Positions 17,810 through 30,584 of a DNA stretch of 64,000 nucleotides are shown in pieces. The DNA lies in assembly GCA_029250225.1 (NCBI GenBank), contig JAQWUY010000031.1, positions 87,705-151,704 of the forward strand, read 5' to 3'. Positions within the stretch are counted from its first letter, which is position 1. Every line of letters starts with the position of its first letter. Under the pieces are notes generated by a model, which was not told where the DNA came from, did not search any database, and saw only the letters and a program-made list of their open reading frames with translations. Made by a program: the position numbers and the translations under genes. This DNA comes from Alphaproteobacteria bacterium. GTDB taxonomy: Bacteria > Pseudomonadota > Alphaproteobacteria > JAQWUY01.

Positions 17810-20371
17810 ATGGCAAAAAATGTCGTAATAGTTGAATCACCAGCAAAAGCAAAAACAATAAATAAATACCTTGGTAGTGATTATGTTGTAATAGCTTCAT
17901 ACGGACATATTCGTGACTTACCATCAAAAGATAATGCTATTGATGTTGATAATGATTTTGCTATGGAATGGGCAATGTCTAGTAACGGCAAAAAACGAAT
18001 GGCCGAAATTAAAGATAAGTTAAAAAATGCCGAAAACCTTATACTTGCTCCTGACCCTGACCGCGAAGGAGAAGCAATAGCATGGCATATTGCCGAAGAA
18101 TTAGAATCAAAAAATTTATTAAAAAATAAATCTGTTCAAAGAGTTACATTTAATGAAATAACCAAAAATGCAATTTTACTAGCATTCAAAAATCCAAGAA
18201 ACATTGATATGGACTTAGTTGGCGCTTATCTAGCGCGTCGCGCCCTTGATAGATTAGTTGGTTTCACATTATCCCCTGTTTTATGGCGAAAGTTACCAGG
18301 TTCAAAATCTGCCGGCCGTGTTCAATCTGCTGCATTAAGGTTAATTTGTGAACGCGAAGCTGAAATTGAAATCTTTAAACCCAAAGAATATTGGACATTA
18401 TCTGTTCCTTTCAAAGAAGATAACATAGATTTTTCCGCTCGTTTATATGAATTAAATGGTGTAAAACAAGAAAAATTTTCAATAACTAACGAACAAGAAG
18501 CTCAAAAAGCAAGTGATGTTATTGGAAACGGTGACTTTAAAGTTATTGATATTAAAGAAAAAACAACAAAAAGAAACCCGTATGCTCCTTTTACAACATC
18601 AACAATGCAACAAGAAGCATCGAAAAAACTATACTTTTCTCCTGCTAAAACAATGCAGATTGCACAAAAATTATATGAAGGTGCAAATATTAATGGCGAA
18701 CAAACAGGTTTAATAACATATATGCGTACAGATGGTATTACAATATCAAATGATGCAATTGGCAACATTCGTAATACTATTTCATCAGTTTATGGAAATG
18801 ATTTTTTACCCGAAAAACCTAGAATTTATAAATCAAAAGTTAAAAATGCCCAAGAGGCTCACGAAGCAATTCGTCCAACAAATATTTCAATAACTCCAAA
18901 AAGTGTTAAAAATACATTAGATAGAGATGAATTTGCATTATATGAATTAATATGGAAGAGAACTGTTGCTTGTCAAATGAAGTCGGCAGTTATTAATCAA
19001 ACGAGTATTGATTTTGAAAATGAGAATAATACAGCTAAACTTCGTGCAAATGGATCAGTGATTAAATTCCAAGGTTTCCTTTATGCTTATGAAGCAGAAA
19101 TTGATGAAGATAGCAAAAAAGAAGAAGACAAAAAACTACCTGAATTAAATAAAGGGCAATTGTTGAAACCTACCGGTGAAGTTGAGCAAAAACAATCATA
19201 TACTAGTCCTCCACCAAGATATAGTGAAGCAACAATTATCAAAACAATGGAAGAGCTGGGTATTGGTAGACCATCAACTTATACTTCTATATTAAAGGTA
19301 TTACAAGAACGCGAATATGTAGATCTTGAAAAACGCCGTTTCTATGCAAACGACCGTGGGCGAATAGTAACAACATTTTTAAGTTTATACTTTAATGATT
19401 ACTTTAATTATGACTTTACAGCTCAATTAGAAGAAAAACTTGATGATATCGCCGATGGTGAAGCAAAATGGATAAATGTATTATCAGATTTTTGGAAAAG
19501 CTTTTCTGCAATAACCACTTCAACAATGGATATAAACCCAGCTGACATTAGGAAAGAAATCGATAAACATTTAGGTTCACACTTCTTCCCAACCGAAGAA
19601 AGTCGTAATTGTCCACAGTGTAAAGAAAACTCATTGATGTTAAATTTTGGTAAGTTTGGAGCATATATAGCTTGTAAAAACTATCCTGAATGTAACTTAT
19701 CTAAGCCACTAGAAGCACCGAATGAAGCAAATAATGAAACCTACCCTAAATTATTGGGGCAAATAGGCGAAGATAATTTAACTTTAAAACAAGGGCCATA
19801 TGGTTTTTATATTGAACTAGAAACAGAACCAAAAGTAAAACGAGCTCAATTACCTAAAAACATTTCACCAGAGGAATTATCTTTGGATACGGCAATAAAA
19901 TTAATATCATTACCGCGAGAAATAGGTATATATCCAGAAACAAATGAAATGATTACTGGTGCAATTGGTCGATTTGGTCCATATTTAAAAATTGGAAGTG
20001 ATTTTATATCATTACCAAAAGAAGAAGATATATTAGAAATTGGAATAAACAAAGCTGTTGAAATTGTTGCAGAAGGATTAGAGAAGAAAAAACAAAATAA
20101 ACCTAAAAGCCTTGGTATCCACCCTGAACTAGAAACAGAAATAACTGTTCAATCTGGAAAATATGGCCCATATGTTAAATGTGGAAAAACTAACGCCCCT
20201 CTTCCTAAAAACACTGATATTGAAGATGTTACATTAGAACAGGCAATAGATGCAATAAATAAGCAACTGGAAAAAAAACCAGTTAAAAAGGCAAAGGCTA
20301 AAAAAGCCAAAGCAAAAAAGACTAAGTCTAAAACAGCAAAGTCTAAAACAAAAGCGAAAAAATCTAGTTAA
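17810..20371 (+). CDS. topA: DNA topoisomerase I
   Basis: The 853-aa product has a Toprim N-terminus (VVIVESPAKAKTI), the active-site Tyr region (TYMRTDG), C-terminal Zn-ribbon remnants and a K/A-rich tail. Confidence 0.95.
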   Translation: MAKNVVIVESPAKAKTINKYLGSDYVVIASYGHIRDLPSKDNAIDVDNDFAMEWAMSSNGKKRMAEIKDKLKNAENLILAPDPDREGEAIAWHIAEELESKNLLKNKSVQRVTFNEITKNAILLAFKNPRNIDMDLVGAYLARRALDRLVGFTLSPVLWRKLPGSKSAGRVQSAALRLICEREAEIEIFKPKEYWTLSVPFKEDNIDFSARLYELNGVKQEKFSITNEQEAQKASDVIGNGDFKVIDIKEKTTKRNPYAPFTTSTMQQEASKKLYFSPAKTMQIAQKLYEGANINGEQTGLITYMRTDGITISNDAIGNIRNTISSVYGNDFLPEKPRIYKSKVKNAQEAHEAIRPTNISITPKSVKNTLDRDEFALYELIWKRTVACQMKSAVINQTSIDFENENNTAKLRANGSVIKFQGFLYAYEAEIDEDSKKEEDKKLPELNKGQLLKPTGEVEQKQSYTSPPPRYSEATIIKTMEELGIGRPSTYTSILKVLQEREYVDLEKRRFYANDRGRIVTTFLSLYFNDYFNYDFTAQLEEKLDDIADGEAKWINVLSDFWKSFSAITTSTMDINPADIRKEIDKHLGSHFFPTEESRNCPQCKENSLMLNFGKFGAYIACKNYPECNLSKPLEAPNEANNETYPKLLGQIGEDNLTLKQGPYGFYIELETEPKVKRAQLPKNISPEELSLDTAIKLISLPREIGIYPETNEMITGAIGRFGPYLKIGSDFISLPKEEDILEIGINKAVEIVAEGLEKKKQNKPKSLGIHPELETEITVQSGKYGPYVKCGKTNAPLPKNTDIEDVTLEQAIDAINKQLEKKPVKKAKAKKAKAKKTKSKTAKSKTKAKKSS

Positions 20372-22551
20372 TGAATAAAAAACTACCTAACAAAGAAAAA
20401 ATACTTGAATACCTAAATAATGGTGGGTTATTCAGGAAAAAAGAGATGGCCGAAAAACTTGGCGTACCGAAAAATTGCAGAGCAGATTTCCGCAGATTTT
20501 TACAGGCTATGGAAAGAAACGGGGAAATTCCAAACAATAAAAAAACAGATAATAAAAAACCATCAACCCGAGATGATGCTAAATCTATCGGTGTATTTAA
20601 AGTATGTAAAATAGATGATGATGGCGAAATATTATGTATTCCAGATGAAAGCACTGATAATGATGTAATTCCTGAAATATATGTACAAGGTAAGCCTGCT
20701 CCGAAAATAGGTGATAAAATATTAGGGCGAATATCAAAACAGAGTGAAAATGTTTATTCCTGTACAGTTATCAAAATATTGACTAACAGCCAAAAAAATA
20801 TTATTGGGGTTTTAGAAAAAACTCAAAAAGGTTTCAATTTAATTAGTAGTGATAAAAAAGATCGTAATATATATTTTGTAGAAAGAGATGATGCACAAGA
20901 TTCTCAAGACAAAGATATGGTTATTGCTATGCCTAAAAGAGGTAAATCTAAATTACAAAAAAATGCGGTAGTAGTAGAAAAAATTGGTTCAATAAATGAA
21001 GCTAAATGTTTTTCTATGTTATCAATAGTAAAGCACAATATACCAAATGTATTTGATAAAAAAATCATTGATGAAACACAAAAAATGACTGTGCCAAATC
21101 TTGATAAAAGAACAGATTTAAGAACAATTCCACTTGTAACAATCGACGGTGCAGACGCACGAGATTTTGATGATGCTGTTTATGCTGAACCTACTAATAA
21201 TGGATTTAAAATATTAGTAGCTATTGCTGATGTAGCTCATTATGTTAAAAATAATTCCGAATTGGATAAAGAAGCATTAAAACGAGGTAATTCTGTATAT
21301 TTCCCTGATCTTGTTGTTCCGATGCTACCTGAAAAACTTAGTAATGATTTATGTTCACTTGTTCCTAACCAAGATAGAGCTTGTATGGCGGTATGGATTG
21401 ATATTAATGATAATGGTGAAATAATAAATTATAAATTCATTCGCGGTTTAATGAAATCGCATGCTCGTTTAACTTATGAACAGGCTCAGAATGCTTGTGA
21501 GGGTAATTTATGCGATACAACTCAAAATATAAAACAACAGATAGATAATTTATATAATGCATATAAATTATTATCCAAAGCCCGCAAAAAAAGAAATACA
21601 TTAGAACTAGATATTCCAGAAAATCAAGTTATTATGGATAAAAATAGTAATATTATTGATATCTTGCCAAGAACAAGGCTAGATAGTCATAAAATGATAG
21701 AAGAATTTATGATTTCTGCTAATATTGTATCAGCAGTTGCATTACAAGAAAAAAATCAAAATCATATAATGTACAGAGTACACGATTTGCCACCAAAAGA
21801 TAAAATAGAAGCTTTTAATACTGCATTACAAGAATTTAATATGAAATTACCAATAGATGGTGCTATTACCCCAAAGCATTTTTCTACTATAATAAATAAA
21901 ACAAAAGATACTGAACACTCTACTTTTATATCAGACATTATATTAAGATGCCAATCTCAGGCAGTTTATAGCCCTGAAAATCTTGGACATTTTGGACTAG
22001 CATTAAAAAATTATTGTCATTTTACTAGCCCAATTCGTAGATACAGTGATTTGTTAGTTCACCGTGCTTTAATTGATGCATATAACCTTGGTAATGACGG
22101 ATTAAAACGAGAACAAAAAGAAAAATTTGAAGAAATTGCGGAAAATATTTCCAATACAGAACGAACAGCACAAAAAGCAGAACGCGAAACTATGGATAAA
22201 TATTTATCTTTGTTTATGCAAGATAAGGTTGGATCAATATTTAATGCAAAAGTAAGCGGTGTAAACGATTTTGCAATGTTTATAAAGTTAATAGAAACAG
22301 GCGCCGAAGGTATAATGTTCCTGAAAAATATTCGTGGTGATTATTATATCCACGATAGTAAAAACCATTGTATTATTGGACGAAAAACTAAAACCAGATA
22401 CCGAATGGGTGATTTAATAAATGTTAAATTGCAACAAGTATCACCAATAAAAGGTGGGCTAGAATTTTCACTAGTACAAAAAGAAAAAAAGAATAATTTT
22501 TTTAAAAAAGAAAAAATGAAAAAATATAGTAAAAATAAAAATAAAAAATAA
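20371..22551 (+). CDS. rnr: Ribonuclease R
   Basis: The 726-aa product has an RNB domain, an S1-like C-terminus and a basic tail. Its start overlaps the topA stop (TAATG). Confidence 0.9.
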   Translation: MNKKLPNKEKILEYLNNGGLFRKKEMAEKLGVPKNCRADFRRFLQAMERNGEIPNNKKTDNKKPSTRDDAKSIGVFKVCKIDDDGEILCIPDESTDNDVIPEIYVQGKPAPKIGDKILGRISKQSENVYSCTVIKILTNSQKNIIGVLEKTQKGFNLISSDKKDRNIYFVERDDAQDSQDKDMVIAMPKRGKSKLQKNAVVVEKIGSINEAKCFSMLSIVKHNIPNVFDKKIIDETQKMTVPNLDKRTDLRTIPLVTIDGADARDFDDAVYAEPTNNGFKILVAIADVAHYVKNNSELDKEALKRGNSVYFPDLVVPMLPEKLSNDLCSLVPNQDRACMAVWIDINDNGEIINYKFIRGLMKSHARLTYEQAQNACEGNLCDTTQNIKQQIDNLYNAYKLLSKARKKRNTLELDIPENQVIMDKNSNIIDILPRTRLDSHKMIEEFMISANIVSAVALQEKNQNHIMYRVHDLPPKDKIEAFNTALQEFNMKLPIDGAITPKHFSTIINKTKDTEHSTFISDIILRCQSQAVYSPENLGHFGLALKNYCHFTSPIRRYSDLLVHRALIDAYNLGNDGLKREQKEKFEEIAENISNTERTAQKAERETMDKYLSLFMQDKVGSIFNAKVSGVNDFAMFIKLIETGAEGIMFLKNIRGDYYIHDSKNHCIIGRKTKTRYRMGDLINVKLQQVSPIKGGLEFSLVQKEKKNNFFKKEKMKKYSKNKNKK

Positions 22552-22624
22552 TAAAAATACTTGACTTTATAATATTTTAGAGTATTTTTAGAAGCAAATA
22601 TATTAAATAAAAAAGGATTGGAAA

Positions 22625-22792
22625 ATGGCTAAACCTACTACTTTACAAATTAAATTAGTTTCAAGTGCTGGAACTGGACACTTTTATGTTACAAATAAGA
22701 ATCCTCGCACATTAACTGAAAAAATGGAAAAAATGAAATACGACCCTCGTGTTCGTAAACATGTTTTATACAAAGAACAAAAAATTAAATAA
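22625..22792 (+). CDS. rpmG: 50S ribosomal protein L33
   Basis: The 55-aa ORF is absent from the six-frame track. It reads [55 protein letters not shown], a classic L33. Confidence 0.85.
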   Translation: MAKPTTLQIKLVSSAGTGHFYVTNKNPRTLTEKMEKMKYDPRVRKHVLYKEQKIK

Positions 22793-22813
22793 TTTTTTTA
22801 ATTATTTAAACTT

Positions 22814-22849
22814 AAAAGCCAATACCTTAATTTAAAGTATTGGCTTTTT
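22814..22849. terminator. Bidirectional rho-independent terminator between rpmG and eno
   Basis: An AAAAGCCAATAC / GTATTGGCTTTT 12-bp stem with an 11-nt loop, flanked by an A-run and a T-run. Confidence 0.6.
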
Positions 22850-22874
22850 GATTCACAATATATTGTTTATTAAA

Positions 22875-24152
<1,278 letters not shown>

Positions 24153-24986
24153 CTATAACTTAATTGGGTTTTGTTTTGCTATGTTATCCAATTCACACAT
24201 AGTTTTAAGAATTGATTTTAAATCTTTTATATTTACCATATTTGAACCATCAGATGGTGCATTATCCGGATCTTCGTGGGTTTCCATAAATATACCTGCA
24301 ACCCCTACACTTATTGCACAACGAGCAAGTACAGGCACGAATTCCCTTTGTCCACCAGATGAACCGCCCTGTCCACCTGGTTGTTGAACAGAATGAGTTG
24401 CATCAAATATAATAGGTTTTTTAATTTCTTGTTCCATAATAGGAATTGCACGAAAATCACTAACTAGTGTGTTGTATCCAAAAGAAGTTCCTCTTTCACA
24501 TACCATTACATTTTCATTGCCGGATTGTGTAATTTTGTTAACAACATTTTTCATATCCCAAGGGGCAAGAAATTGTCCTTTTTTTACATTAATCGGTAAT
24601 CCAGTTTTACTAGCAGATACTAATAAATCAGTTTGACGGCATAAAAACGCAGGAATTTGTAGACAATCAACAACTTTTGCAACTTCTTCGCATTGCACTT
24701 TTTCGTGAATATCAGTAATTACAGGCACAGAAAGAGTTTTTTTAATTTTTTCAAATACTTGCATTGTTTTTTCAATTCCCAGTCCTCTTTGTCCTGACAA
24801 TGAAGTTCGATTTGCTTTATCAAAAGATGATTTATAAACAAATCCTATTCCTAGTTCATTTGTTATTTCTTTGATTTGTTCACAAATTTCAATAGCATGA
24901 GATTCACTTTCTAATTGGCAAGGCCCAGCAATAAGAGAAAACTTTTTATCATTATCAAATTCAACTTTACCAACAAAAACACTCAT
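24153..24986 (-). CDS. kdsA: 3-deoxy-8-phosphooctulonate synthase
   Basis: The 277-aa product resembles the KDO8P synthase family (LIAGPCQLES). Confidence 0.9.
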   Translation of the reverse strand: MSVFVGKVEFDNDKKFSLIAGPCQLESESHAIEICEQIKEITNELGIGFVYKSSFDKANRTSLSGQRGLGIEKTMQVFEKIKKTLSVPVITDIHEKVQCEEVAKVVDCLQIPAFLCRQTDLLVSASKTGLPINVKKGQFLAPWDMKNVVNKITQSGNENVMVCERGTSFGYNTLVSDFRAIPIMEQEIKKPIIFDATHSVQQPGGQGGSSGGQREFVPVLARCAISVGVAGIFMETHEDPDNAPSDGSNMVNIKDLKSILKTMCELDNIAKQNPIKL

Positions 24987-24992
24987 AACAAA

Positions 24993-26642
<1,650 letters not shown>

Positions 26643-26693
26643 TTAATTTAAAATTACTACTACAAAGTATAAAAATTTTATTACACTTTTCAA

Positions 26694-27002
26694 TTATTCA
26701 GCAAGTGGAATTTCACCATCTGTTTGCTCAACAGGTTGGTTTACTTTTTCCAAAATGTTTGAAGAAATTGACTTATTACTTATAGAGGCCATTATTAATG
26801 CTGTTACCATAAATATTACGGCTAATACAGCAGTAATTCTTGTAAGTGCATTTGCTGTGCCTTTGGTCGAGAAAACACCCGCGCTCGGATCTCCTCCTCC
26901 GCCAAGTCCACTTAAAGCTCCGCCTTCTGATTTTTGTAGTAATATAATACCAACTAAGCTAATAGCTGAGATAACATGAACTACTAATATAACTTTTTCC
27001 AT
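26694..27002 (-). CDS. secG: Preprotein translocase subunit SecG
   Basis: The 102-aa product has two TM segments and a Gly-rich loop (LSGLGGGGD). Confidence 0.85.
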   Translation of the reverse strand: MEKVILVVHVISAISLVGIILLQKSEGGALSGLGGGGDPSAGVFSTKGTANALTRITAVLAVIFMVTALIMASISNKSISSNILEKVNQPVEQTDGEIPLAE

Positions 27003-27068
27003 AGTAAATCCTTATTTTTAAAACCTTGAATTATTAATATACAATTTTCATAAAAAAAACAATATAAA

Positions 27069-27836
27069 TTATAAAGATTTTATTATTTTTACAAAATCCT
27101 CTGTTATTAAAGATGCACCCCCTACTAGTGCGCCATCTACATTATTTAAACCGAGTATTTCAGCCCCGTTTTTAGCATTAACTGAACCGCCGTATAAAAT
27201 CCTAACAGAGTTTGCAAATTCCTCTCCTCTTGATTGTGATATATACTTTCTTAGTGATGAATGTATATTTTCTATGTCATCGATGCTAGGAGTTCGCCCT
27301 GTGCCAATAGCCCACACTGGTTCATATGCAATTACAACACTGTTTACATCAATATCACTAGGTGTAGATTTTTCAAACTGTTCAGAAATAACTTTAAGAG
27401 TATCTCCGCTTTGATTTTGTTCATCTGTTTCACCAATACATATAACTGCTTGCAATCCATTTTTAATGGCTATTTTGGCTTTCTTGCATATTTCTTCGTT
27501 TGTTTCTTTATGAATACTACGCCTTTCGCTGTGACCTAATATAACAATATTGCCCCCTACATCAGAAACTAATTCAGCAGAAACATCACCTGTAAAGGCG
27601 CCTTTTTCATTGTCAGATATATTTTGCACACCTACATTAAAAGATTTATTGTCTGGTAATTCATCTGCTAGTCCATATATTAAGCCAAGGTGAGTAAAAG
27701 GTGGGAATATCGCAACTTCAACATCCTTTTCTTTTATCGCTTCGTTTATTTTATTAACATAGATTTGCTCAGGAAAATCATCGTTATCTTTTAAAATGTT
27801 CATTTTCCAGTTACCTGCAATCATAGGAGTTCGCAT
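27069..27836 (-). CDS. tpiA: Triosephosphate isomerase
   Basis: The 255-aa product has IAGNWKMN, ILGHSERR and AYEPVWAIGTG. Confidence 0.9.
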   Translation of the reverse strand: MRTPMIAGNWKMNILKDNDDFPEQIYVNKINEAIKEKDVEVAIFPPFTHLGLIYGLADELPDNKSFNVGVQNISDNEKGAFTGDVSAELVSDVGGNIVILGHSERRSIHKETNEEICKKAKIAIKNGLQAVICIGETDEQNQSGDTLKVISEQFEKSTPSDIDVNSVVIAYEPVWAIGTGRTPSIDDIENIHSSLRKYISQSRGEEFANSVRILYGGSVNAKNGAEILGLNNVDGALVGGASLITEDFVKIIKSL

Positions 27837-27950
27837 ATTTTTATAGACCTTTCTTTAAAATAATCTTGCACTTTTTATTGTATAAACCTATTATATATCA
27901 TATTTTTTAATACTAAAACATTTATTTAAATAATTTTGGAGCAATATATA

Positions 27951-29762
27951 ATGAAAAAGTTTCGTCAACTATCGAGCAATCTTTTCGCAAAAGTTATGCT
28001 AATTTTAATTGTAATAAGTTTTATTGTAGTTGGTGGCATTTCAAGTACAAGATCAATTAAAAAATCAATTGCAAGTGTTGATGGAAATGAGATATCAGCA
28101 TCTGATATTGCATCAAAATACAGAAGAAAAATAAATCAATTAGGTTTAAATAAATATTCTGGCGATGAACTAAGACGATTTGGAATAGTTGAACAAATAC
28201 TTGAACAACAGATAAATTTAAAATCTAAGACTGTTCATAATAGTGAATTAGGATTAAGTGTAAGTGATGATTTTGTTGCCAAGCAATTAAAAAACATTAA
28301 AGTTTTTCAAACTTTAAATAAATTTGATGAGAATAAATTTAAAAGAATACTTGCCTTTAATAATATATCTGTTGATGATTTCTTAAATGATTATAAAAAT
28401 GAATTAATAAATAATAAATACGACAGTTCTCTAAAAAGTTTTGTTTTTACACCAAAACATATTATAAAAACACTTGCTAGATATAATTCTCAGACAAGAG
28501 ATATAATAAAAGCACAATTAATGTACAAAGATGTAAGAATAAAAAATCCAAGCAACAAAAAATTACAAGATTATTATAATACTAATAAATCAAAATTTGA
28601 AGTTGGTGAAAAAAGAGATATATCAGTTTTAAATATTAGTACTGATTCAATTGTTAAAAAAATATCTGATAAACAAGCTAAGAAAACATATAACAATAAT
28701 AAAGAACAATTTTCTACACCAGAAAAAAGAAGTTTTTATTCTATTAGCGCAACAGAACAACAATTAAGTAAATTAAAACAAGAATTCATAAAAACAAAAG
28801 ATATAAAAAAGGCAATAAAGACGGTATTAAATGAAGACCCAAATAAACTCTTAACTAAACTTGCCAGTGTAAAAGATATCGACAATAAAACAAAAAATAT
28901 TATCTTTAAAATAAATAAGAATAAATTATCTAACCCTACTAACCTAGGATTTGGTAAAGTTGTCTTTTTTGTAACCGATATTCAAGCCGGAAGCACAAAA
29001 ACATTTAATGAAGTAAAGGACAAAATCAAATCACAACTAGCACAAGAAAGAATGTTAGACATCGCAACAGAAGTAGAAGATTTAATATCTGAAGGTCTAG
29101 AAATAAATCAAATATCTCGCAAAATAGGATTCGAAATAATAAAAATCAACAAGATGCCTATTGAGGGAATTAAAAGTCAATCATTCACTCAAAATACAAC
29201 ATTTAGACAAACAGTTTTAAAAAAAGAAGCTAACGAGTTAACTGATTTAATTGAAATGAACGATAATAACTTTGCAATAGCAGTGGTAAATAAAATATAT
29301 GAAAAGAATATTCCTAGTTTTAACAAAATTAAAAATATCGTAAAAAATAGATACATAAAAGAGCAAAAAATAATAACAGCAAAAAATAAGTTAAAAGAAT
29401 TAATCACATTAAGCTCATTCAAAGAGTTTAATAAAAAATCAAAAGAAAATGGCTTTAAAACTAATAATATAAACAAACTATCATTAGAAAAATCTATTTC
29501 TAACCCAATAAATATTATTGCATTTCAAGGTAACCAAAATACAGTAAAAACAAAAAGTGATGATAAAGGTGTATATGCAATCTATATTAGAAAAATTAAT
29601 GTGCCAAAACAAGCAAAACAAAACCTATTAAAAAAAGTAAAAAATGATGTCATTAATATAATGGATAATAACCTATTTAACTCAATATCTTCTTATATAA
29701 AAGAAAACCAAGATATTGAAAAAGATAGCGATTTAATAAAAGCAATATATGAAAGAAATTAA
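27951..29762 (+). CDS. PpiD/SurA-N-like periplasmic chaperone (peptidyl-prolyl isomerase D family)
   Basis: The track ORF begins at a TTG at 27936. The ATG at 27951 is preceded by GGAG at 27938-27941. The product has an N-terminal TM anchor and a long K/N-rich periplasmic body. The family assignment is by architecture only. Confidence 0.55.
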   Translation: MKKFRQLSSNLFAKVMLILIVISFIVVGGISSTRSIKKSIASVDGNEISASDIASKYRRKINQLGLNKYSGDELRRFGIVEQILEQQINLKSKTVHNSELGLSVSDDFVAKQLKNIKVFQTLNKFDENKFKRILAFNNISVDDFLNDYKNELINNKYDSSLKSFVFTPKHIIKTLARYNSQTRDIIKAQLMYKDVRIKNPSNKKLQDYYNTNKSKFEVGEKRDISVLNISTDSIVKKISDKQAKKTYNNNKEQFSTPEKRSFYSISATEQQLSKLKQEFIKTKDIKKAIKTVLNEDPNKLLTKLASVKDIDNKTKNIIFKINKNKLSNPTNLGFGKVVFFVTDIQAGSTKTFNEVKDKIKSQLAQERMLDIATEVEDLISEGLEINQISRKIGFEIIKINKMPIEGIKSQSFTQNTTFRQTVLKKEANELTDLIEMNDNNFAIAVVNKIYEKNIPSFNKIKNIVKNRYIKEQKIITAKNKLKELITLSSFKEFNKKSKENGFKTNNINKLSLEKSISNPINIIAFQGNQNTVKTKSDDKGVYAIYIRKINVPKQAKQNLLKKVKNDVINIMDNNLFNSISSYIKENQDIEKDSDLIKAIYERN

Positions 29763-29815
29763 AAACCTTTTGGTGTGTTAGTAAATAAGTACCATCTAAG
29801 TTAGTAACTTTACAC

Positions 29816-29844
29816 TTGACTCTCAATAAGAACAGTGATAGAAC
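29816..29844 (+). promoter_or_regulatory. lexA promoter region with alphaproteobacterial LexA (SOS) box GAAC-N7-GAAC
   Basis: TTGACT at 29816-29821 is followed by GAACAGTGATAGAAC at 29830-29844. The box lies about 48 nt upstream of the lexA ATG, and an SD AAGGA sits at 29877-29881. Confidence 0.6.
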
Positions 29845-29891
29845 AAAGGTGAAACAAATTGTAAATATTACTAATTTAAAAGGATATCAAG

Positions 29892-30584
29892 ATGCTTACA
29901 CCAAGACAAAGTCAAATATTAAATTTAATAATTTCAAGTATTGAAAAAAACGGGATATGCCCATCCTTTGAAGAAATGAAAAATCAAATAGGTGTTAAAT
30001 CTAAATCAGGTATTCACGCAATTCTATCTGCCTTAGAAGAACGCAAATATATTCGCAAACTACCTAACAAGGCTCGTGCGGTGGAAGTTTTAAAATTTCC
30101 CAATGGTAAGCAATATAACCAAACCTTTACTGGTCAAAATACATTACAAAACCAACAAGAAAGTATAACTTATCCTAATCAGATGAGTATGCAAAATGAG
30201 AACACAGAAGTTCCACTACTTGGGAAAATTGCCGCAGGTACACCTATTGAAGCAATATCAGAAAAAAATTATATGATTGAGTTTCCAAATATGATGTTGT
30301 CAAAAGGCATAGAGCATTATGCATTAGAAATTGAAGGTGATTCAATGATAGAAGCTGGAATTTTTGACGGTGATACAGTTTTAATTGAAAAATGTCAAAC
30401 TGCAAGAGATGGAAATATAATTGTTGCATTGGTAAATCGCGAGGAAGCGACATTAAAAACCTTAATCCGTAAAGATAATAAAATTCACTTGCAACCAGAA
30501 AATAGTAAATACGAAACACAAATATATTCACCTGAACAGGTTGAAATACAGGGTCGTTTAGTAGGATTATTGAGAAAATATTAA
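29892..30584 (+). CDS. lexA: LexA repressor
   Basis: The 230-aa product has an N-terminal winged HTH, a Q/N-rich linker, and a C-terminal S24 peptidase with GDSM (Ser) and a Lys in ATLKTL. Confidence 0.9.
   Translation: MLTPRQSQILNLIISSIEKNGICPSFEEMKNQIGVKSKSGIHAILSALEERKYIRKLPNKARAVEVLKFPNGKQYNQTFTGQNTLQNQQESITYPNQMSMQNENTEVPLLGKIAAGTPIEAISEKNYMIEFPNMMLSKGIEHYALEIEGDSMIEAGIFDGDTVLIEKCQTARDGNIIVALVNREEATLKTLIRKDNKIHLQPENSKYETQIYSPEQVEIQGRLVGLLRKY

Noticed and set aside
20270-20371. K/A-rich repeats (AKAKKAKAKKTKSKTAKSKTKAKK) at the TopA C-terminus and a K/N-rich tail on RNase R
   Set aside because: These are low-complexity basic tails, common on nucleic-acid enzymes in AT-rich genomes. They are not a distinct element.
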